From assembly GCA_036012755.1 (NCBI GenBank), contig DASCPX010000016.1, positions 170,599 through 234,598 on the forward strand: a stretch of DNA of 64,000 nucleotides, written 5' to 3'. The notes beneath the pieces are model-generated. The model did not search any database and had not been told where the DNA came from. It saw only the letters and a program-made list of their open reading frames with translations. Origin of the DNA: Myxococcota bacterium. Lineage in GTDB: Bacteria; Myxococcota_A; UBA796; CAJQPC01. Within the stretch, counting starts at the first letter, position 1, and each line of letters opens with the position of its first letter. Shown one piece after another: positions 57,481-64,000 of this stretch. The translations under genes were made by a program, and so were the position numbers.

Positions 57481-59541
57481 ATGCGGAGATTGGAGTACCA
57501 CGAGGGCAGCTCTCACAAGTTCTGGGAGGTCCAGGTCGACGGGTCGGATGTGACCACCCGCTGGGGCCGCGTCGGAACCAAAGGGCAGAGCAAGACCAAA
57601 CCCCACCCCGACCCGGAAAGCGCTCGGCGCGATGCCGAAAAGCAGGCGAAGAAGAAGCTCACCAAGGGCTATGTCGAGATCCCCTCGGCGGACGCTCCTC
57701 CTGCCCCGTCCCCCGTGTCTCTGCCCCCTCCAGCCTCCCCCGATGGGGAGCCCTGGCATCGCGTCGTGTCCTGGCTTGCCCATCATGCAAGGGCCATGTT
57801 CGACGGGTTACCGAGTGGGGCCGATGATGCGGCCATTTCTGAGCTCGAGGGCGAGCTGGGTCACACGCTTCCCTCCGAGGCTCGCGCCATGCTCCAGGCC
57901 CATGACGGCTCGGATGCGGTGCGCGTGATCGAGTACTGGTCGACCCTCTCGGTTCGAGGCATTCTCGAAGACTGGAAGGGCTGGTGCGAATTCCTGGGCG
58001 ACGATGACTGCCCGGAGGAGGGCACCCCCAATGGCCCCGTGAAGCCCGCCTGGTGGAGCCCGCACTGGGTGCCCATCGCCACCAATCATGCAGGAGACTG
58101 CCTGGTGCTGGACTTCGACCCCGCTGCCGGTGGTGTCCCAGGCCAGGTGGTCGAGGTGTGGCATGACGAGGCGGAGCGGCTGGTGCTGGCGCCGTCCTGG
58201 AAGGCCTTGCTCGAGCGCTATGCCGACGACCTGGTGGCCGGTCGCTTTGCCTTCTCCGCTGAGGAAGGCTGGCTGGAAGACCAGCGGGAGGACAGTGCCC
58301 CCTATGGCATCGAGAGTCCTCCCTTGCCTCCCGTGCCACCCCAGCTTCTCGACCCGGATACGGCCCCCGAGGCACCTCGACGGGCCCCGGGTGCAGACGA
58401 CATCGTGGTGCAGGTCGGGGATTCCCTGGGAGATGTCATCCAGGCTGCTCCGGAGGGGGCCACCGTGTGGCTGGCTGCGGGTACCCACCGCCTGGATGGC
58501 GAGTGGAAGCTGGAGCGCAGTCTGACCTTCGTCGGAGAGCAGATCGGTCGAACGGTGCTGGAGGGAACGAGTACGGACGATTGGTTCCTGGTCACTGCGG
58601 GAACGGTGGTCTTCGAAGACCTGTTCTTTCGGCGGCTGGGTCCGAAGGATGCCGCTGCCGACGTGCTCGCGGCCGCGGGGGGCACCCTGGAGGTTCGCCG
58701 CTGTCGACTCGGAGGGGCCACTGCATACGACAATTCTGGTGGCTGTGGAATGCGGCTCTGGGGAGAGGCACAGGGCTCGATTCGAGACTCCCTGGTGGAG
58801 CACAACGACGGGGCCGTGACCATCAGAGACACTGCGCGTGGCGAGGTCGAGGGGATCATCGCTCGGCACCATCGGGCGGGGATCTATGTGTGGGGCGAGT
58901 CCCGGGCACGGGTCGTGGGCTGTCAGGTCGAAGCCTGCCAGGATCACGGTATCGGCGTGTTCAGCGATGCCGAGGTGGATGTCCTGGACAATGTCACGCG
59001 CAACACGAATGCGGGCATCTTTGCGTCTGGCCAGGTTCGGGTCCGCGTGGTGGGCAACCACGCCTCGAAGTGCAGGGCCCACGGATTGGCAATTGGGCCA
59101 GATAACGGAAGCGCGACGGTGGAGAACAACCGCAGTCATCTCAATGGGGAAAACGGCATCATGGTGTGGGGGAACTCGACGGTGACGGTGGCATCCAACC
59201 ACTGTGCCAGCAATGGGCGCAGCGGCCTGGCCTGGGTGGGCACCGGCAATGGGACTGTGCGCGCCAACAAGTTCGAAGAAAATGGCGAGCACGCGCTTCA
59301 TATCGAAGGTGATGCGGAGGTCGATATCGAGGGCAACCACTGTGTCGCGGGTGCGACCGGAGCCGCTGTCGTGTTGATGGGTCAGTGCGTCGCGACCGTG
59401 CGGGACAACCACTGCGTCGCGGCGGTGGGTGTGGCGCTGACCGCATCCTGTCGCGTCACCCCGGCCGACCCCGAAGGACTCCGCAAGGAAAATGATCTCG
59501 ATGGATCCGGCACGCCGGTGATGGACCAGCGGGCGAAGTGA
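57481..59541 (+). CDS. WGR + SMI1/KNR4 (SUKH) + right-handed beta-helix fusion protein
   Basis: RBS GAGGAGG; SSHKFWEV..TTRWGRVG; GADDAAISELEGELGHTLP..HDG, WVPIATNHAGDCLVLDFDPAAGGVPGQVV; Asn-ladder beta-helix repeats. Confidence 0.88.
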   Translation: MRRLEYHEGSSHKFWEVQVDGSDVTTRWGRVGTKGQSKTKPHPDPESARRDAEKQAKKKLTKGYVEIPSADAPPAPSPVSLPPPASPDGEPWHRVVSWLAHHARAMFDGLPSGADDAAISELEGELGHTLPSEARAMLQAHDGSDAVRVIEYWSTLSVRGILEDWKGWCEFLGDDDCPEEGTPNGPVKPAWWSPHWVPIATNHAGDCLVLDFDPAAGGVPGQVVEVWHDEAERLVLAPSWKALLERYADDLVAGRFAFSAEEGWLEDQREDSAPYGIESPPLPPVPPQLLDPDTAPEAPRRAPGADDIVVQVGDSLGDVIQAAPEGATVWLAAGTHRLDGEWKLERSLTFVGEQIGRTVLEGTSTDDWFLVTAGTVVFEDLFFRRLGPKDAAADVLAAAGGTLEVRRCRLGGATAYDNSGGCGMRLWGEAQGSIRDSLVEHNDGAVTIRDTARGEVEGIIARHHRAGIYVWGESRARVVGCQVEACQDHGIGVFSDAEVDVLDNVTRNTNAGIFASGQVRVRVVGNHASKCRAHGLAIGPDNGSATVENNRSHLNGENGIMVWGNSTVTVASNHCASNGRSGLAWVGTGNGTVRANKFEENGEHALHIEGDAEVDIEGNHCVAGATGAAVVLMGQCVATVRDNHCVAAVGVALTASCRVTPADPEGLRKENDLDGSGTPVMDQRAK

Positions 59542-60558
59542 TGGCCGGGAAGGTGAGAAGGTGCTGATCGCTTGTTAAGTTCATGGTATCATGTGATTTA
59601 CCAAGCGCATGGCACCTGGTCAGGTCAGGCACTTGAGTGTCTCAGCAAGGTTGTGTGGGGTCTGCTTGCTCTCTTTCTTTCGATTTTCTTAACAGCACGC
59701 GACCCACCCAAGCGACAAGCATGGGAAAAGCAATTGCCCTAGCCAGGCGCCCATTTTCTGGGCCGCACCGTTGCACGTAGCACAGACTTCGCCGCTGAGT
59801 GTTTTCTGCACAGACACCAAGGCCAGCATTGGGGATAGGAAGGACTAACAGCCCGTGAGCCGTACAAGCGGGTCCCGCGTGTACAGGCAGCCCGCCCTCA
59901 GTGGCCGTACGAGTTCGAGGGCCGCGTAGGGCGTAGCGTTTCTGGTCGTCGTGGCCGCCGTTGGCAGCGCCGAGCGGTTCGTCGCGCAACTCCCCCGCCC
60001 GCTACGTCGGCGGCTCCCTCTGGGCTCGGTGATGGTCCGTGGTGCTGCTCCTCAGGCAACCACGGCGAGTGGCTCGCGCGCGCGGAGCCACTCGGACACC
60101 AGCATGTAGATTGTAGCCATCGCACACGGCACACCGTGGTGGAAGCTCGTAGACCCGGCCCCGGTGGACCTGGATGCGCCTGGCGCGGCGGCCCGCCCGT
60201 TGGCCCAGCGCGGCACGCCCCGCTGCAGAGGCGGCCTGGAGCAGCATCTGAGCATCGTGGCGGACGATGGCGACGATGTGAACTCCGCGGATGACGGGTG
60301 GACGGCCTGCTGCTCCCTTCCCCGCTGGCCAACTTCAACTCGCCCTGCCAGGCCAGCAACGAGCTGAGTAACGGCAGCTATACGCAACCTGGGCTACTAC
60401 CCCCTGTAGGATCACTCGACGGAGTCGCCACGAGGCCTCTCGGCGGGCCTGCAGCCAGAGAGGCCTCGTGTGCACTCTGAGGAGCTACCGGTCCTGGCCC
60501 ACCAGTATCTTGAGGGTCGCTTCTGGGACTGCGCGCCAGGCTTGGATTGCGTGGAAGG

Positions 60559-62757
60559 ATGGTCGCAGTGAACGAGATCATCGATGGGATCGAGCGGGTG
60601 GCCAACCTCTTGTTCCTGGACCCCGAGGCGGTAGCTGAGGCGCTGGGCTGCAGCAAGCGCATGGTGAAGTCCAACTCCATGGTGGGCGAGGTCTACGAGC
60701 TGTTCGGTGGTTCGGACTTTCCCTTCGAGGACGCGGAGCTCAGGTGGTATCCGGACTCGGGGACGGCGAAGCTGTCCCTCGGGTTGCCAGCGAGCCCAGC
60801 GGTCCCTGTGCGGGACGTGGCCGACCGCTGGAAGGGTGTTCCGTGCCGACCGGAGCACTCGTGCGTCCTGGACGGCGAACGCCTCATGACCCACCTCATC
60901 AAGACCGAGCTGGGCGACCTGCGCTTTGCTTACGATCCGGACTCCGAGCTGAGCGCCGTCCGCGCCGTGTCCATGGATCGCTCTCCCGACCAGAGGCCGA
61001 AGCCGCCCCAGGGGCCCGCCACGGAGCAGCCCGGGCTGGACCCCCACCGGATCCGCTCGGACAAGGAGTTCGCGCGGAGCATCGAGGAAACGATCGCGGA
61101 ATGCAGGCGGCGCCTGGAGCTCCTGGCCGAGGGCAGGCTGGATGCCGCGGACCCACCCGACGACGACAGTCCGAGTCGGCCGACCAAGGTGGGCTATTTC
61201 CTGGAGTGTCTGGTCGACCTGCAGGATCGACTGCAGTCGGACCGCCTGCCTCGCTCGGGGCGCGTCTGGGGTCCGGGTCGCGTCATCGTCGACGGCTGGC
61301 CCGACGAGGACCCTCTCGGCGACGTCATCTGCCGAATCGGTAGTTACTACAAGCACGGCGCCCAGGGACGCGCGGATCCCGGGCCCCGGCAGCGGCCGCC
61401 TCTGGAAGTGGAGCGGGCGATCGTGAGAGACCTGCTGCCCCTCGATGCAGCCCCACTCGGACGACCCATCTGGCTCAGCGGCACGACCGGCTACCGACTG
61501 GACGGCCCCGACTCGTGGGAGGCCTGGAGCCTCCTGGGCGACTCGGAGCCGGACACGGACCGTGAGTCCGAGGCCCAGTCGACCGCGATTGTCACGATAG
61601 GGCGGGCGCTCGAAGCGCCTTGCAGCGACACGTTTCTCTACGAGACGCCCGATCCATTCACCTACGGGGACCTCACTCTTCCCGGCCTCTACATCGCCGC
61701 AAACGGCCCACCAGAGACGGTCTACGCCTTGCTCGGCTTCGGGCACCCGGGAGACCGTCAAGCCGGTCTGGAGGGAGTCTGCAGATCGACGTTGGTGGCG
61801 GCCTTGGTGTCCCACGGCCGATTGGAGTTGGGCGGGCGAGCAGAGCTCGGGATCGAGGACCCCGGCTCGGGCCGGAAGGCCGCGGTCCGCTTCATTGGAT
61901 CGGTCGTGCCAGACGACCTCAAGCTCCTCATTGACGCCTGTGAGGAGCTCGCTTCTCGATTCGAACAGGTCCTGGACGAGGAGCCCTGGACGTTCTTGAA
62001 GCCGGCTCTCGAACGAGACCCGGACAAGCTCCTCAAGCTCGGCATCTTGAAGTACTTGCTCACGGTCCCCCCACCCTCGGACAAGTCCCCGTCCAAGACG
62101 CCCCTGGGGAAGGCCGTCGGCATCCTCTTGTCGCAGCCGTCGCCGCGCTTTGCGGACGCCGTGGTCGAGATCCTGTTCGGCGCGGGGAGGCTCGACCTCC
62201 TCCTGGAGTCCGCACGCTCGAGGAGACAGCCCGAGCTGCAGATCAGGCTCCTCCAGGTTCTCATCGACTGGGGGGTGGCCGGTGTCGGCCCTGCCCTCGA
62301 GGCGGCACTCGGGACTGCGGACGAGGTGGAACTCCAGCGTCTGATGGGGGCGCTGTGCTGGGCCGACTCGGTGGCCGCCCGCACCGCATTTGCACAGCGG
62401 CTGGACCAGATCTCCGCGAAGCTCCTCCCCGGTTCTCCCTCCGAACTGTGCCGCTCTGTCCTGTCGTCCGCCATGAAGCTCGGCCCCGGGCTGACCGCCC
62501 AGACGCCTCGCTTCTATGTCCTTCTCGGCCACGAGGATGTCACCATTCGGGTCGAGACCGCGCGGGCACTGGGAGAGGTCGGACCGCCCGAGTGCATTCC
62601 CATGCTGGAACGCCACACGGGCTTCTTCGACGAAGGCAGCCTCAAGGCCGCCGCGAAGGCAGCCATCCGCAGGATCCGGGAGCGTCCCGACGCCGCCGTG
62701 GGCGGGCTGTCGCAGGCGTCCGGGGACGGCGACCTCTCCTTCGAGGACGAAGGCTGA
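60559..62757 (+). CDS. Multidomain hypothetical protein with C-terminal HEAT repeats
   Basis: LLGHEDVTIRVETARALGEVG..LKAAAKAAIRRI; internal helical domain resembling an immunity protein. Confidence 0.7.
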   Translation: MVAVNEIIDGIERVANLLFLDPEAVAEALGCSKRMVKSNSMVGEVYELFGGSDFPFEDAELRWYPDSGTAKLSLGLPASPAVPVRDVADRWKGVPCRPEHSCVLDGERLMTHLIKTELGDLRFAYDPDSELSAVRAVSMDRSPDQRPKPPQGPATEQPGLDPHRIRSDKEFARSIEETIAECRRRLELLAEGRLDAADPPDDDSPSRPTKVGYFLECLVDLQDRLQSDRLPRSGRVWGPGRVIVDGWPDEDPLGDVICRIGSYYKHGAQGRADPGPRQRPPLEVERAIVRDLLPLDAAPLGRPIWLSGTTGYRLDGPDSWEAWSLLGDSEPDTDRESEAQSTAIVTIGRALEAPCSDTFLYETPDPFTYGDLTLPGLYIAANGPPETVYALLGFGHPGDRQAGLEGVCRSTLVAALVSHGRLELGGRAELGIEDPGSGRKAAVRFIGSVVPDDLKLLIDACEELASRFEQVLDEEPWTFLKPALERDPDKLLKLGILKYLLTVPPPSDKSPSKTPLGKAVGILLSQPSPRFADAVVEILFGAGRLDLLLESARSRRQPELQIRLLQVLIDWGVAGVGPALEAALGTADEVELQRLMGALCWADSVAARTAFAQRLDQISAKLLPGSPSELCRSVLSSAMKLGPGLTAQTPRFYVLLGHEDVTIRVETARALGEVGPPECIPMLERHTGFFDEGSLKAAAKAAIRRIRERPDAAVGGLSQASGDGDLSFEDEG

Positions 62758-62812
62758 CCGAGCAGCCCGGGGACGACCTCTCCGGGACCCCGATTTCGGA
62801 TAGTCTCTCGCA

Positions 62813-63121
62813 GTGACCACCACCCCGACCCCCGAGCCCACCACCTGCCGCGTGGACCCCGAGGCGCTGCAGGCTCTCCTCGGTGATCCCCCCCCGCTCG
62901 GTGCAGAGGGGGCGCAAGTGGGTGAATTGGCTCATGCCTCTCGTCTATCTTCCGTTCTTCTCGTGGTGTGTCTTCTGGAGCATCTACGGGTCCCTCCACA
63001 TGACGGACTGGAGCCGGGGGGTCGAACACGCCCTCATGGTCGAAGGCATGATCGTGGTCTATGGAGTTACCGTCCTCTCCATCATCTTCTTGGTGCACGC
63101 CGTCCTGCCGCTAGCTCGCAG
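62813..63121 (+). pseudogene. Membrane protein fragment, frameshifted at C8 and cut at the dif-like site
   Basis: Frame 62813 joins frame 62883 at the C run 62888-62895; two TM segments, then reading enters the dif-like site without a stop. Confidence 0.5.
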
Positions 63122-63149
63122 AGTTAACATAAGGCCTCTTATCGGTCCT
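63122..63149 (-). other. dif: XerC/XerD recombination site (dif or dif-like)
   Basis: Minus strand AGGACCGATAA-GAGGCC-TTATGTTAACT; 11-6-11 layout; XerD arm matches E. coli TTATGTTAAAT at 10/11; XerC arm ends ATAA. Confidence 0.8.
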
Positions 63150-63171
63150 ATACGCGGACTTGCGGTTATCG

Positions 63172-63522
63172 CTAGCGGCTCGACAGCGTCGCTTCGAAGA
63201 ATGAGGTCAGCTCAGGGGGCAGCTCGCCCTCGACCATGCGGTAGGTCTCACTTCGGGTATCGATGGCCACTCGGATCGTGGGTTGGTCGCCCGGATACTT
63301 GCGCAGGGCCAACTCGACCACCCCGCTGCTCGGGAAGCTCACCGAGGCATCCCAGTCCCACGTGTCGGGGTGCCACAGGTCGAGGAGCGGAGCGTCGCGA
63401 CCGGCGACCAGCACCCGGGGATTCCCGATCCAGTGGGACATGCGCATTGCCGTCATGCAGAGCTGGACGGTGATGCCGCCGTCGGGCGATGTCTTCTCAT
63501 TCTGGTAGGTGGCGGCGGCCAT
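63172..63522 (-). CDS. Hypothetical protein
   Basis: 116-aa globular-looking ORF (MRMSHWI, LRKYPG) with good codon bias. Confidence 0.7.
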   Translation of the reverse strand: MAAATYQNEKTSPDGGITVQLCMTAMRMSHWIGNPRVLVAGRDAPLLDLWHPDTWDWDASVSFPSSGVVELALRKYPGDQPTIRVAIDTRSETYRMVEGELPPELTSFFEATLSSR

Positions 63523-63704
63523 GGTGAGGGTCCAGGGGGATCGGGGGCCAGGCCAGGGGGATGCGCTCCGTCGCGAGAAACCCTCGCGATGGGGGGCGCT
63601 CCCTCCGGTCGGGGGAGGATAGGATGGACGCGCCGCGGTTCGCCAGCGCCGTCTTCGCTGGGCCAGCCGAGAAGTAGCTGAATCTGTTCCGCAGGAGCCC
63701 GGAC

Positions 63705-63908
63705 TTGGATCGAGCAGACCCCCCGAAGAGGCGCTTCCGATGGCGGATCCTGCTGGGCATGGCCTTGGTGGGGGCGCTCGTGCTCGCGTTGACCGTGGAT
63801 TTCGGGAAGCTCCGTCGGACCCTGACCATGCTCACCAGCATCGAGCTGGGGCAGGACCACAATATCGCGCCGATCATGATGCTTGAGGGACATAGCCGCA
63901 GTGCCTGA
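63705..63908 (+). CDS. Small membrane protein or gene fragment
   Basis: Basic N-terminus plus one TM segment; short. Confidence 0.3.
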   Translation: MDRADPPKRRFRWRILLGMALVGALVLALTVDFGKLRRTLTMLTSIELGQDHNIAPIMMLEGHSRSA

Positions 63909-64000
63909 ACCAGGCCTCACAGTTCTTCGCTGTGATCTCTCGGAGGACAGTCCCGACGTCGGCCTCGAGGCGCTTGATGGTTCGCGGCGCCAGCGCGCGA

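Noticed and set aside
59570..59600. Second dif-like site
   Set aside because: Only 7/11 match to the XerD arm and no ATAA-ending XerC arm at the right spacing
63122..63171. Integron attC site after the 63172-63522 gene (TAAC...GTTA)
   Set aside because: Too short and lacks internal L-box symmetry; the dif pattern explains it better

Overview
GC-rich, gene-dense bacterial chromosome segment, most likely Myxococcota or a related lineage (inferred from a MYXO-CTERM-like tail, DCDD metal-binding-motif lipoproteins and PilP/PilO-like domains). It holds uvrC (5' truncated) and uvrB, a degenerate STAND-TPR gene facing a pseudokinase, a REP-associated (RAYT-like) HUH transposase with structured upstream repeats, two zinc-ribbon/pilin fusion paralogues and many small lipoproteins. 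The centrepiece (29.4-41.8 kb) is a polyhydroxyalkanoate locus: phaR, a tiny phasin-like gene with a palindromic operator, phaE and two tandem phaC genes. These are translationally coupled to a Na+/solute symporter, an acyl-CoA ligase, a lipoprotein, a beta-barrel, two exported hydrolases and an SDR, which together may form a polyester/lipid scavenge-and-store system. The right end (57-64 kb) is an accessory region with immunity-like genes and a 28-bp XerC/D dif-like site that cuts a gene. Two window-wide patterns stand out: ultra-short (8-12 aa) signal peptides with little or no basic n-region, and a TAGnnn-N6-start motif suggesting leaderless mRNAs. No rRNA, tRNA or CRISPR array was recognised. 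All calls come from motif reading only; no database searches were run.
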